A stretch of 45,532 nucleotides of DNA from an uncultured Bacteroidales bacterium (GTDB lineage: Bacteria; Bacteroidota; Bacteroidia; Bacteroidales; JBBRXJ01), in assembly GCA_964606415.1 (NCBI GenBank), contig CAZSGN010000001.1, positions 1 through 45,532 on the forward strand, in the 5' to 3' direction. Within the stretch, counting starts at the first letter, position 1, and every line of letters begins with the position of its first letter. Shown one piece after another: positions 1 through 9,354 of the stretch. The notes beneath the pieces were generated by a model. It was not told the origin of the DNA. It searched no databases and saw only the letters and a list, made by a program, of their open reading frames with translations. Made by a program: the position numbers and the translations under genes.

Positions 1-35
1 CGTTTTTTGATTGATGCAATATAGTTGCTCATTTT
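1..35 (-). repeat. 35-bp repeat (partner of 40819-40853), truncated by the window edge
   Basis: Exact reverse complement of 40819-40853. Any extension to the left cannot be seen. Confidence 0.9.
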
Positions 36-61
36 TGGCAAACAATCTCCATTAATGAGCT

Positions 62-90
62 ATAACCCAAATTGAGCGATTCCACTCAAT
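62..90 (+). repeat. ATAACCCAAATTGAGCGATTCCACTCAAT motif with internal palindrome (attgagcg/cactcaat)
   Basis: Related copies at 1568-1595, 18240-18264(-), 24404-24424(-), 17218-17236 and 8370-8392. It abuts the cobU-remnant stop codon. Confidence 0.7.
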
Positions 91-434
91 TATTTTATTT
101 GCTGAGCTATGCCGGAAACCATAAAGAAAACTTCATCAGCCAGAGAAGCAATATATTGGTTCATGCTCCCTTGTAAATCAGTAAATTTTCTTGATATATC
201 GTTATCAGGATGTCCTCCCATACCAATTTCGTTGGTCACAACAATTATATGAGTCTCCTGTTTCATTATATCTTGCCATTCATTCCTGGCCAAAGTCAAT
301 ACTTTTTCAATATCCTGATCATAATCCATAAAAAGATTAGTCAACCATAAGGTCAGGCAATCAAACACCACTATTCTACCTGCCAAATCAATCTGCCCGC
401 TAGAGGCGTGCTTTTCAATAAAAAAAACAGGCAT
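90..434 (-). pseudogene. cobU: 5'-truncated adenosylcobinamide kinase/guanylyltransferase (CobU/CobP) remnant
   Basis: The 114-aa ORF matches the C-terminal two thirds of CobU (VVFDCLTLWLTNL, VTNEIGMGGHP, RKFTDLQGSMNQ, FMVSGI..K). The N-terminal P-loop is absent. Only 59 nt separate it from the dfx stop on the same strand, so the missing part cannot be encoded here. Confidence 0.6.
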
Positions 435-493
435 TCCTATTAATGAATACCTGCTTTTTTTTTAATAATCTTACAAAAAATATTATTGAAAAG

Positions 494-880
494 CTAATTC
501 TTTTTACTCCACTGCCCATGTAAGTTACAATATTCCCTTGCGGCAAGCACCTTTTCTTCAGTTGAAAAGAAAGCCTCAGGTTTATCTCCGGGCTGGAGGA
601 AACGAGTGAGCAGTTCTCGCTCAGTAATAAGCTCAATCCATTGGATGTAATGCTTTTCCTCCATCGGATGAGCAACTTCCCCAACAGTAACCTTATAACC
701 GCCGTCTACTTTCTCGATGACAGGAACATGTTTCTCTGTAGCAGCATCAACAGTGTTTTCTTCCAATAATTCCATTTTTTGCCCGCAGCACACAAGATTC
801 TGTGCACCAGGATTATAAATAACAACAATATTACCACAAAGGTTACAGCGGTATAATTCAAATTTCTTGGTATTCGCCAT
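494..880 (-). CDS. dfx: desulfoferrodoxin (superoxide reductase, 2Fe class)
   Basis: N-terminal CxxC...CC desulforedoxin-like site ([10 protein letters not shown]...VCCGQKM) plus a neelaredoxin-type C-terminal domain ([22 protein letters not shown]). Start moved to the ATG at 880 ([10 protein letters not shown]), giving 128 aa. Confidence 0.85.
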   Translation of the reverse strand: MANTKKFELYRCNLCGNIVVIYNPGAQNLVCCGQKMELLEENTVDAATEKHVPVIEKVDGGYKVTVGEVAHPMEEKHYIQWIELITERELLTRFLQPGDKPEAFFSTEEKVLAAREYCNLHGQWSKKN

Positions 881-933
881 AAGTATAGGTTTTAAATTAA
901 ACAATCAGGTTCTTAAATAACAATAAAAGAGCA

Positions 934-1455
934 TTATTCCCCATTAGCCTCAGCAGCGGGTTCATTAAATTGACGCTGGCGAAGTTCCCTGTCCATCATT
1001 AAAAGCCCATGCCCTTTTGCTCCGATAATTTTCAAATCTTGCAAGATCTGATCCGCAGAAGCTTCTTCTTCCACCTGCTCCTCGACAAACCATTGTAACA
1101 TTGCATTACTGGCATGATCCTTCTCTTCAATAGCAACATTAACAAGATTATTAATTAAAGAAGTTACGTGCTGTTCGTGTTTAAAAACCTGTTCAAAAAC
1201 CTCAATAGCATCCTTCCATTCGGTTTGCGGTCCTTCAATAGGCATTAATTTGACTTCTCCTCCTCTTTCATGCAGATAATCAAAGAATTTCATAGCATGA
1301 AAATTTTCCTCCTGATACTGAACCCTCATCCAGTTAGCAAAACCGGGCAAACTTTGTGATTCGAAATATGCTGACATCGATAAATACAAATAAGCAGAAT
1401 ACATTTCAGCATTAATTTGCTTATTGATTTCCTCTTCCATTCTTTTTGAGATCAT
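934..1455 (-). CDS. ftnA: non-heme ferritin
   Basis: Ferritin-like four-helix signature (INAEMYSAYLYLSMSAYF, QEENFHAMKFFDYL, EQHVTSLIN, QWFVEEQVEEE); 173 aa. Confidence 0.9.
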   Translation of the reverse strand: MISKRMEEEINKQINAEMYSAYLYLSMSAYFESQSLPGFANWMRVQYQEENFHAMKFFDYLHERGGEVKLMPIEGPQTEWKDAIEVFEQVFKHEQHVTSLINNLVNVAIEEKDHASNAMLQWFVEEQVEEEASADQILQDLKIIGAKGHGLLMMDRELRQRQFNEPAAEANGE

Positions 1456-1567
1456 AAATACTAGCTTTAATTAATTAATAATGATTGACAAGGTAAAATT
1501 AAGAAAATTTAACTTCTTTACTAAATAAAATTACTATTCTATTCATTATATCTGGCCAATTTGAATA

Positions 1568-1595
1568 ATACCCAAATTGAACGATTTCGCTCAAT
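1568..1595 (+). repeat. ATACCCAAATTGAACGATTTCGCTCAAT motif copy with 8-bp palindromic arms
   Basis: attgaacg-attt-cgctcaat hairpin. Lies in the divergent ftnA/ugd spacer. Confidence 0.7.
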
Positions 1596-1735
1596 CAATT
1601 CTAAGAAAAGATGAGTTTTTCATCTCCCTCAACCAGTAAAAAGAAATGCCAAATATTGGGACAGGCAATTTTATAAATCAGAATTATACCTTAATAAAAA
1701 TAGACCTATAGGCAAGGTAATCATCAAAATATTCC

Positions 1736-1743
1736 TATTTTTG
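1736..1743 (+). promoter_or_regulatory. candidate Bacteroidota -7 promoter box (TATTTTTG) for the ugd operon
   Basis: Exact match to TAnnTTTG, 41 nt upstream of the ugd ATG. No clear -33 TTTG seen. Confidence 0.35.
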
Positions 1744-1783
1744 TTGGTTGCATCACAATCATTTATTATAAAAGATTATTAAC

Positions 1784-3100
1784 ATGAAAATAGCTGTTGT
1801 TGGCACAGGATATGTAGGTTTGGTCACAGGAACATGCTTTTCCGAAACAGGCGTACACGTCACGTGCGTGGATATTAACGAGGAAAAAATCAACAATTTA
1901 AACCAGGGCATTATCCCGATCTATGAACCCGGACTGGAGACGATGATCGAGCATAATGTCAAAAAACAACGCCTGCATTTTTCAACAAGCCTTGGTGAGA
2001 GTATGCAAGACAGCCAGGCCATATTTATCTCTGTTGGCACCCCTCCTGATGAAGATGGTAGTGCAGATCTCAAACATGTGTTGAATGTTGCTGCCGAAAT
2101 AGGCCGTAACCTTGATCATTATATGGTTGTGGTAACCAAAAGCACAGTGCCAATAGGAACCGCCCGCAAAGTAAAACAAACAATCCAGGCAGAACTTGAT
2201 CATCGCGGTGCATCCGAAATCACCTTTGATGTAGCCTCAAACCCTGAGTTTCTAAAAGAAGGAAGTGCTATCGATGACTTTCTTAAACCAGATCGCATTG
2301 TAATAGGCGTAGAAACACCACGATCAGAAGAAACCTTGCGCAAACTATACAAACCCTTTTTGCTTAACAACCATCCCATTATATTCATGGATATTCCCTC
2401 CGCTGAAATGACTAAATACGCAGCTAACTCCATGCTCGCGACCAAAATTAGCTTTATGAATGAGATGGCCAATTTATGTGAAATCGTAGGAGCCAACATT
2501 AATTCTGTCCGAAAGGGAATAGGAAGCGATCCACGGATAGGCAATAAATTTATATATGCGGGAGCTGGTTATGGAGGCTCGTGCTTTCCAAAAGATGTGA
2601 AAGCATTAATCAATACCGCATGTGAGAATCAATACGATATGAAAATCCTAAAATCTGTTGAGGATGTCAATAATCGCCAGAAGGAAATAATCTTCAACAA
2701 ATTATACAATCATTTCGAAGGAAATATCAAAGGAAAACATTTTGCACTCTGGGGCCTTTCTTTCAAGCCAAACACGGACGATATGCGCGAAGCACCTTCC
2801 TTAACTATTATCGAAAAACTTTTAGAAGAAGGGGCTACAGTATGTGCTTACGACCCAATCGCGATGGAAGAAGCCAAAAAAATGATTGATGATAAAATTA
2901 CTTACAAAGAAAGCCAGTACGAAACCCTTAATAATGCTGATGCACTGATCGTTATAACCGAGTGGTCAGAATTCAGATTACCCGATTTTAATGAGATTGG
3001 TCAGAAACTCAATAACAAAGTCATCTTTGATGGCAGAAATATTTATGAGCCAAGGGATCTCGAGCCTCTTGGATTTAAATATTACGGTATCGGCCGATAA
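1784..3100 (+). CDS. ugd: UDP-glucose 6-dehydrogenase
   Basis: N-terminal Rossmann motif VVGTGYVGLVTG, catalytic GGSCFPKD motif, 438 aa. Confidence 0.93.
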   Translation: MKIAVVGTGYVGLVTGTCFSETGVHVTCVDINEEKINNLNQGIIPIYEPGLETMIEHNVKKQRLHFSTSLGESMQDSQAIFISVGTPPDEDGSADLKHVLNVAAEIGRNLDHYMVVVTKSTVPIGTARKVKQTIQAELDHRGASEITFDVASNPEFLKEGSAIDDFLKPDRIVIGVETPRSEETLRKLYKPFLLNNHPIIFMDIPSAEMTKYAANSMLATKISFMNEMANLCEIVGANINSVRKGIGSDPRIGNKFIYAGAGYGGSCFPKDVKALINTACENQYDMKILKSVEDVNNRQKEIIFNKLYNHFEGNIKGKHFALWGLSFKPNTDDMREAPSLTIIEKLLEEGATVCAYDPIAMEEAKKMIDDKITYKESQYETLNNADALIVITEWSEFRLPDFNEIGQKLNNKVIFDGRNIYEPRDLEPLGFKYYGIGR

Positions 3101-3217
3101 AATAACATTTGTCAATTAAGCCTTATTTGTTATATTAGAAACTTTCAATCGTGCGCAGATCTTTATGAAGAAATATATTAAAAAAATCGGCTTTATTGAC
3201 AGTATCAAAATAATATT

Positions 3218-4162
3218 ATGACAAAAAGAATTCTCGTGACAGGCGGCGCAGGCTTTATTGGCTCTCATCTTTGCGAAAAACTATTGGAAGAAGAAAATGA
3301 AGTGATATGCCTTGACAATTACTTCACAGGCAGTAAAGATAATATCCGTCATTTAATGGATAATAAATTTTTTGAAGCCATCAGGCATGATGTTACGATG
3401 CCTTATTACATTGAAGCAGACGAAATATATAACCTCGCATGCCCGGCTTCACCTGTCCATTACCAGTTCAATGCGATCAAAACCATAAAAACGTCCGTAA
3501 TGGGGGCTATCAATATGCTTGGACTAGCAAAAAGAGTAAAAGCAAAAATATTACAGGCCAGCACCAGTGAGGTTTATGGAGATCCGGAAGTCCATCCACA
3601 GGATGAATCTTATTGGGGTCACGTTAACCCAATTGGTAACCGCTCCTGTTATGATGAAGGAAAACGCTGTGCCGAATCTTTATTTATCAACTATCATAAA
3701 CAAAACCAGGTAAGAATTAAACTTGTTAGAATTTTTAACACCTATGGGCCGCGCATGTCTGTAAACGACGGAAGGGTCATATCCAATTTCATTGTACAGG
3801 CACTGAACAATGAAAACATCACCGTTTATGGTGACGGAAATCAAACACGGAGTTTCCAATTTGTAGATGATCTTGTTAAAGGACTAATGAAAAGCATGGA
3901 AACAAATGACGCATTCACCGGTCCGGTAAATTTAGGTAACCCAGGAGAATACAGCATTCTTGAGCTGGCAGAAAAAATCATCAAAATGACCCGTTCCCGT
4001 TCAAAAATTATTTATGAACCTTTACCCGAAGACGATCCGATTAAACGAAAACCTGACATTACTATTGCAAAAGAAAATCTGGATGATTGGCAACCAGTTG
4101 TGCCATTGGATGAAGGATTAGAAAAAACCATTTATTATTTTAAAAAGACACTGGCAAAATAA
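3218..4162 (+). CDS. uxs: UDP-glucuronate decarboxylase (UDP-xylose synthase)
   Basis: SDR fold [33 protein letters not shown]; typical UXS length of 314 aa. Confidence 0.88.
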   Translation: MTKRILVTGGAGFIGSHLCEKLLEEENEVICLDNYFTGSKDNIRHLMDNKFFEAIRHDVTMPYYIEADEIYNLACPASPVHYQFNAIKTIKTSVMGAINMLGLAKRVKAKILQASTSEVYGDPEVHPQDESYWGHVNPIGNRSCYDEGKRCAESLFINYHKQNQVRIKLVRIFNTYGPRMSVNDGRVISNFIVQALNNENITVYGDGNQTRSFQFVDDLVKGLMKSMETNDAFTGPVNLGNPGEYSILELAEKIIKMTRSRSKIIYEPLPEDDPIKRKPDITIAKENLDDWQPVVPLDEGLEKTIYYFKKTLAK

Positions 4163-4194
4163 AAACATCATTTTATTCCATTTAAAACGGCATT

Positions 4195-5073
4195 ATGAAA
4201 GGTATTATTCTGGCCGGCGGGTCCGGTACAAGACTTTATCCGCTAACAAAAAGCATTTCTAAACAAATCATCCCCATTTATGATAAGCCGATGATCTATT
4301 ACCCACTTTCCATCCTAATGCTCTCAGGGATCAAAGAGGTGCTGATTATTAGCACCCCGGAAGACCTTCCTCTTTTTAAAAAATTATTTGGTGATGGACA
4401 ACAACTGGGCATTTCAATTGAGTACGCAGAGCAACCAAAGCCGGAAGGGCTTGCTCAGGCTTTCCTGATCGGTGAAAATTTTATTCAGAATGAACCCACA
4501 TGCCTGATCCTTGGAGATAATATTTTTTATGGGCACGGATTAGGCGGCATATTAGAAAGAACAGCCCGATTAGATCAAGGAGCAACAGTTTTCGGATACT
4601 ATGTCAATGACCCTCATCGCTACGGAGTTGTAGCATTTGATAAAGAAGGTTCTGTTCTCAGCATTGAAGAAAAACCAGCAACGCCAAAATCAAATTACGC
4701 AGTAACCGGCTTATATTTTTATGATAACACGGTAGTCGAAAAAGCTAAAAAGCTAAAGCCTTCAGCCCGGGGAGAACTAGAGATCACAGATTTGAACAAA
4801 AAATATCTCGAAGAAGGATCATTACAAGTTGAACTTCTGGGAAGAGGAATGGCCTGGCTGGATACAGGGACACATGAGAGCCTCCTGGATGCTTCAAACT
4901 TTATCGAAACAATTGAAAAAAGACAGGGATTAAAAATATCATGTCTCGAAGAAATTGCTTATAAAAAAGGATTTATCAACAAAGAACAACTTTTGAAGTT
5001 GGCGGAACCGCTCAGAAAAAATCAATACGGGGAATACCTCCTTAAAGTAGCAGATTCCAAAAACTATTATTAA
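4195..5073 (+). CDS. rfbA: glucose-1-phosphate thymidylyltransferase
   Basis: [49 protein letters not shown]; 292 aa. Confidence 0.95.
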   Translation: MKGIILAGGSGTRLYPLTKSISKQIIPIYDKPMIYYPLSILMLSGIKEVLIISTPEDLPLFKKLFGDGQQLGISIEYAEQPKPEGLAQAFLIGENFIQNEPTCLILGDNIFYGHGLGGILERTARLDQGATVFGYYVNDPHRYGVVAFDKEGSVLSIEEKPATPKSNYAVTGLYFYDNTVVEKAKKLKPSARGELEITDLNKKYLEEGSLQVELLGRGMAWLDTGTHESLLDASNFIETIEKRQGLKISCLEEIAYKKGFINKEQLLKLAEPLRKNQYGEYLLKVADSKNYY

Positions 5074-5153
5074 TCATGGTGCTTTGATGAAAAATACTTA
5101 AAAACACATTTAATTCTAATCGGACCAAGTAGAACTCTTTTAAACATATCTCT

Positions 5154-5705
5154 ATGAAAATTGAACCTACTTCTTTAAATAATGTTTACGTGCTATCGCC
5201 AAGAATATTTGAGGACGAACGGGGATATTTCTTCGAAAGCTACAATAAACGGGCACTGCATGAGGCTGGCATTGATTATGACTTTTTACAGGATAATCAA
5301 TCAAAGTCGGAGTATGGAGTCATAAGAGGGCTTCATTACCAGCAAAACCCAAATGCCCAAACAAAACTGGTAAGGGTTTTAGAAGGAGAGATTTTTGATG
5401 TCGCAGTAGATTTAAGGCCTTCTTCTTCCACTTTTGGCAAATGGTTCGGTATTAAACTCTCTGCAAAAAACAAAAAACAACTTTTGATTCCACAAGGGTT
5501 TGCCCATGGTTTTTCTGTCCTTTCAGCGAAAGCTATTGTTTTTTATAAATGTGATAATTACTATAGTCCTGAATCAGAACGTGGAATCATTCATAATGAT
5601 GCTGATTTGAATATTGACTGGTTAATACCAGAAGATAAAAGAATACTTTCAGATAAAGATCTAAATTACCCTGTTTTTAAAAAAGCAGATATTAATTATG
5701 AATAA
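5154..5705 (+). CDS. rfbC: dTDP-4-dehydrorhamnose 3,5-epimerase
   Basis: FEDERGYFFESY, GVIRGLHYQ, KLVRV..GEIFDVAVDLR, GFAHGF; 183 aa. Confidence 0.93.
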   Translation: MKIEPTSLNNVYVLSPRIFEDERGYFFESYNKRALHEAGIDYDFLQDNQSKSEYGVIRGLHYQQNPNAQTKLVRVLEGEIFDVAVDLRPSSSTFGKWFGIKLSAKNKKQLLIPQGFAHGFSVLSAKAIVFYKCDNYYSPESERGIIHNDADLNIDWLIPEDKRILSDKDLNYPVFKKADINYE

Positions 5706-5714
5706 AAATCAGCT

Positions 5715-6572
5715 ATGAAAATTCTGGTTACAGGAAGTAAAGGACAATTAGGAAGCGAAATGCGCCAACAAAGTTCAGATTCTTCCTATCATTTCATTTT
5801 TCACGATATAGACACCCTTGATATCACAGATATCAACCAATTGGATCAGGTGCTTGAAAATGAAAAACCGGATGTGATTATTAATTGTGCAGCTTATACC
5901 GCTGTTGACTTAGCAGAGCAAGAGAAAGAGAAAGCAGACCTGATCAATCACCTCGCCGTCAGGGATCTCAGTTTTCTTGCACGGGAACATAACATTAAAC
6001 TCATCCATATTTCCACAGATTATGTTTTTGACGGCAAACATTACTTGCCATACAAAGAAAATGATGCCCCCAAACCACAGTCAACTTATGGTTTTAGTAA
6101 GTTAAAAGGAGAATATGAGGTGCTAAATTACAAGCAAGGAATGATCATCCGCACTTCATGGCTTTATTCTTCTTTTGGGAATAACTTTGTTAAGACCATA
6201 CTCCGTCTCGCTGCTGAAAAAAATACACTGGATGTGGTTTTTGACCAGACAGGAAACCCAACTTATGCCAGGGATCTTGCTAACGCTCTTTTTACCATTA
6301 TACAAATGATTGAGAAAGGCAATTTTTTCAGAGGGATTTATCATTTTGCAAATGAAGGCGTTTGCAGTTGGTATGATTTTGCCCGGTCAATTATTGATCT
6401 AAAAGGTTATTCCACAAAAATCAACCCCGTTGATAGCAGTGCTTTTCCAAGACCAGCACCCCGCCCCCCTTACAGTGTTTTAGATAAATCCCATATCAAA
6501 AAGCAATTTAATATCTCTATTCCTTACTGGCGCGATAGCTTAAAAGAATGTATTAACAAAATTATGGATTGA
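5715..6572 (+). CDS. rfbD: dTDP-4-dehydrorhamnose reductase
   Basis: MKILVTGSKGQLG, INCAAYTAVD.AE, STDYVFDG, YG.SKL.GE; 285 aa. Confidence 0.9.
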   Translation: MKILVTGSKGQLGSEMRQQSSDSSYHFIFHDIDTLDITDINQLDQVLENEKPDVIINCAAYTAVDLAEQEKEKADLINHLAVRDLSFLAREHNIKLIHISTDYVFDGKHYLPYKENDAPKPQSTYGFSKLKGEYEVLNYKQGMIIRTSWLYSSFGNNFVKTILRLAAEKNTLDVVFDQTGNPTYARDLANALFTIIQMIEKGNFFRGIYHFANEGVCSWYDFARSIIDLKGYSTKINPVDSSAFPRPAPRPPYSVLDKSHIKKQFNISIPYWRDSLKECINKIMD

Positions 6573-6627
6573 TTTTTGTATAAATCATTTATTTTAGTCC
6601 TCAAAAAACAACTAAATACAAACAATT

Positions 6628-8364
6628 ATGTCTGAAGATTTGATGCTGGCTGTGCAGGAAAAAGCCCGGGAATGGCTCCACAGCAATCTGGAAGAAAAAG
6701 AGAAAGAGGAGATTAAAAACCTTATCGAGAATGACGAGAAAGCGTTAATAGAAGCCTTTTATAAAGATTTGGAATTTGGCACAGGCGGTTTAAGAGGCAT
6801 TATGGGCCTTGGCTCTAACAGAATCAATAAATATACCATTGGCATGGCCACCCAGGGCCTGGCTAATTATCTTATCAAACAATTTCCCGGAGAACCAGTG
6901 CATGTCGCTATTGCTTATGATTCCAGAATTAATAGCAGAACTTTTTCAGAAACGGCAGCAAAAATCCTCTCCGCAAATAACATCCATGTTTACCTCTTTG
7001 ATGATCTGCGCCCTACACCGGAACTTTCTTTTGCAATTCGTGAACTTAGCTGTAAAAGCGGCATTGTCATAACAGCGTCCCATAACCCAAAAGAATACAA
7101 TGGCTATAAGGTTTATTGGGAAGACGGTGGACAAATCATTGCTCCTCATGATAAAAATATCATTGCTGAAGTACAAGCCATCAAATCAATCAACGAAATC
7201 AAATTTAACGGTAATCCGGAAAAAATAAAATCAATCGGGGAAAATATAGATCAAATTTATCTTAACAAAATAAAATCATTATCTCTTTCTCCTGATATTA
7301 TAAAAAAGAACAAAGACCTGGGTATTGTTTTTACACCCATCCATGGAACAGGTGTTAAACTGGTTCCCGCTGCACTAAAACAAATTGGTTTTGAAAATAT
7401 TTATCATGTTCCCGAACAAGATCATCCGGACGGCAATTTTCCGACAGTACATTCTCCTAATCCGGAAGAAAATGCTGCACTTGACATGGCTATTGAAAAA
7501 GCCAAAAAAGAAGATGCTGACCTGGTAATGGCAACAGATCCGGATGGTGACAGGGTAGGTATTGCTGTCAAAAATAAAAAAGGAACATTCGTTTTACTAA
7601 ACGGCAACCAAATTGCCTCACTGTTGATTTATTACCTTCTCTCTCAATGGAGCAGGAAGGGGATGATCAAAGGAAAAGAATATATTGTTAAAACAATTGT
7701 AACTACTGAATTATTATCTGAAATAGCCAAAGACTTTAATGTCGAAATTCATGATGTACTGACTGGTTTTAAATATATCGCCGACAAAATTAAAACCCTC
7801 GAAGGCCAAAAGCATTTTATTGGAGGAGGAGAAGAGAGTTACGGTTATCTGATTGGTGATTTTGTAAGAGACAAAGATGCAGTCATCTCCTGTGCTTTTA
7901 TTGCTGAAACTGCTGCATGGGCAAAAGAACAAGATAAAACGCTTTACGAGCTTTTACTGGATATCTATCAAAAATATGGCCTTTTTGTTGAGGATTTGGT
8001 TTCTGTTGTAAAAAAAGGGAAAGCAGGCGAGGAAGAAATCCGGGAAATGATGAACAAATTCAGAAATACTCCACCCTCAACCCTTGCAGGATCGGATGTG
8101 GTACTTATTCACGATTACCAGAAAAGTAAAACAGTTGATATGATCAGTGATTTAAGGTATGATATCAATCTACCAAAGTCAAATGTTTTACAATTTGTCA
8201 CAAAAGACGGGGCTATTATTTCAGTTCGCCCATCAGGTACAGAACCAAAAATAAAATTTTATTTTAGTGTTCGTGGTGAATTAAATAATACCGAAGATTA
8301 TCTATCAGAAAGAGAAAACCGACTAAAACAAATCGAAAACATAAAAAAAGACCTGGGCATATAA
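6628..8364 (+). CDS. phosphoglucomutase/phosphomannomutase family phospho-sugar mutase
   Basis: Active-site TASHNP, metal loop DPDGDR, sugar loop GEESYG; 578 aa PgcA-like size. Confidence 0.88.
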   Translation: MSEDLMLAVQEKAREWLHSNLEEKEKEEIKNLIENDEKALIEAFYKDLEFGTGGLRGIMGLGSNRINKYTIGMATQGLANYLIKQFPGEPVHVAIAYDSRINSRTFSETAAKILSANNIHVYLFDDLRPTPELSFAIRELSCKSGIVITASHNPKEYNGYKVYWEDGGQIIAPHDKNIIAEVQAIKSINEIKFNGNPEKIKSIGENIDQIYLNKIKSLSLSPDIIKKNKDLGIVFTPIHGTGVKLVPAALKQIGFENIYHVPEQDHPDGNFPTVHSPNPEENAALDMAIEKAKKEDADLVMATDPDGDRVGIAVKNKKGTFVLLNGNQIASLLIYYLLSQWSRKGMIKGKEYIVKTIVTTELLSEIAKDFNVEIHDVLTGFKYIADKIKTLEGQKHFIGGGEESYGYLIGDFVRDKDAVISCAFIAETAAWAKEQDKTLYELLLDIYQKYGLFVEDLVSVVKKGKAGEEEIREMMNKFRNTPPSTLAGSDVVLIHDYQKSKTVDMISDLRYDINLPKSNVLQFVTKDGAIISVRPSGTEPKIKFYFSVRGELNNTEDYLSERENRLKQIENIKKDLGI

Positions 8365-8369
8365 TAATT

Positions 8370-8392
8370 AACCCAAGTTTCGCAGTAGATTA
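8370..8392 (+). repeat. diverged copy of the AACCCAARTTGAGCG-type intergenic motif
   Basis: aacccaagtttcgcagtagatt resembles aacccaaattgagcgattccac at 64-85. Confidence 0.35.
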
Positions 8393-8464
8393 ATTAAGGC
8401 TGAGGTTTATTTATACAAAATAAATCTTTTTATGGATTAAGACGATTTTGATTAGATGTTTTAT

Positions 8465-8491
8465 TTTAATGTGTCAAAATAGAACTAAATA
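8465..8491 (+). repeat. 27-nt intergenic repeat TTTAATGTGTCAAARTAGAACTAMATA (copy 1)
   Basis: 25 of 27 nt identical to 17518-17544. Both copies lie just upstream of a start codon. Confidence 0.7.
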
Positions 8492-8529
8492 CTTCGGAGA
8501 TTGTATTAAGAAATATAAAAAATAAAAAT

Positions 8530-8946
8530 ATGAAGTCTTACAGGAAAGAACTTTGGTTTAATGCACCAAAACGTAGACAGATTATTCGCATTACAGAACA
8601 ACTCGAAGAATGTCTGCAAGAAAGCAACATCAAAGAAGGTTTACTGCTCTGTAATGCCATGCACATTACCGCCAGTGTATTTATTAATGATGATGAATCC
8701 GGTTTACACTCCGATTATGAACGGTGGTTGGAAAATCTTGCTCCGGAAAAACCTTACGATCAGTATGCACACAATGGCTTTGAAGATAATGCCGATGCAC
8801 ACCTGAAAAGAACCATCATGGGACGGGAAGTTGTGATTGCTGTTACAGATGGGAAAATGGATTTTGGCCCATGGGAACAAGTATTTTACTATGAACTAGA
8901 TGGCAAAAGAAGAAAACGGGTGCTTGTTAAAATCATTGGAGAATAA
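8530..8946 (+). CDS. yjbQ: YjbQ/UPF0047 family protein (secondary thiamine-phosphate synthase family)
   Basis: 138 aa with [22 protein letters not shown], and the [16 protein letters not shown] ending typical of YjbQ. Confidence 0.8.
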   Translation: MKSYRKELWFNAPKRRQIIRITEQLEECLQESNIKEGLLLCNAMHITASVFINDDESGLHSDYERWLENLAPEKPYDQYAHNGFEDNADAHLKRTIMGREVVIAVTDGKMDFGPWEQVFYYELDGKRRKRVLVKIIGE

Positions 8947-8947
8947 A

Positions 8948-8977
8948 AAGAGGTTCCCAAAACAATGAGAACCTCTT
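8948..8977. terminator. 9-bp stem hairpin after yjbQ
   Basis: aagaggttc / gaacctctt with a 12-nt loop, directly after the yjbQ stop. The T-run is only on the minus-strand reading, so plus-strand termination efficiency is uncertain. Confidence 0.4.
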
Positions 8978-9354
8978 GTCCAGAAAAAGTTGGATTAACC
9001 TACGATCCAATTTTCAGGCAACAGCACATTTAATAAGTTAAGGTAATCAGAACAAAATATGTTCTATTCCTATAATGCAATGTTTTAATCAATACGATAT
9101 AATTATAAGAGCTTAACATTTTGAATCGTATTTGTTTGTTTATACTTTACTACATTTAATACAATAATAAGTAACCGTTGTCTGATAAAAACAATTCCAA
9201 AATAACCAATAAAAACATAAGGAATATTTGGCAGCTATACATCATAACAATAAGCGGGACTAAATATTAGAAATTCTTCCTTCCCGAAAACAGCCGAAAA
9301 AAGCAGGAAATATTATTGATACACCAGGAATTAATTCAGCAAAAAAGCTTTTTG

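Noticed and set aside
415-684. 89-aa minus-strand ORF overlapping dfx and the cobU remnant
   Set aside because: It is an alternative frame of the well-supported desulfoferrodoxin gene, has no recognisable motif, and does not supply the missing CobU P-loop.
8365-8529. Possible TPP riboswitch ahead of the thiamine-related yjbQ gene
   Set aside because: The conserved TPP aptamer elements (CUGAGA with a pairing ACCC/GGGG context and the pyrophosphate helix) are absent. Only a chance GCTGAGG occurs.
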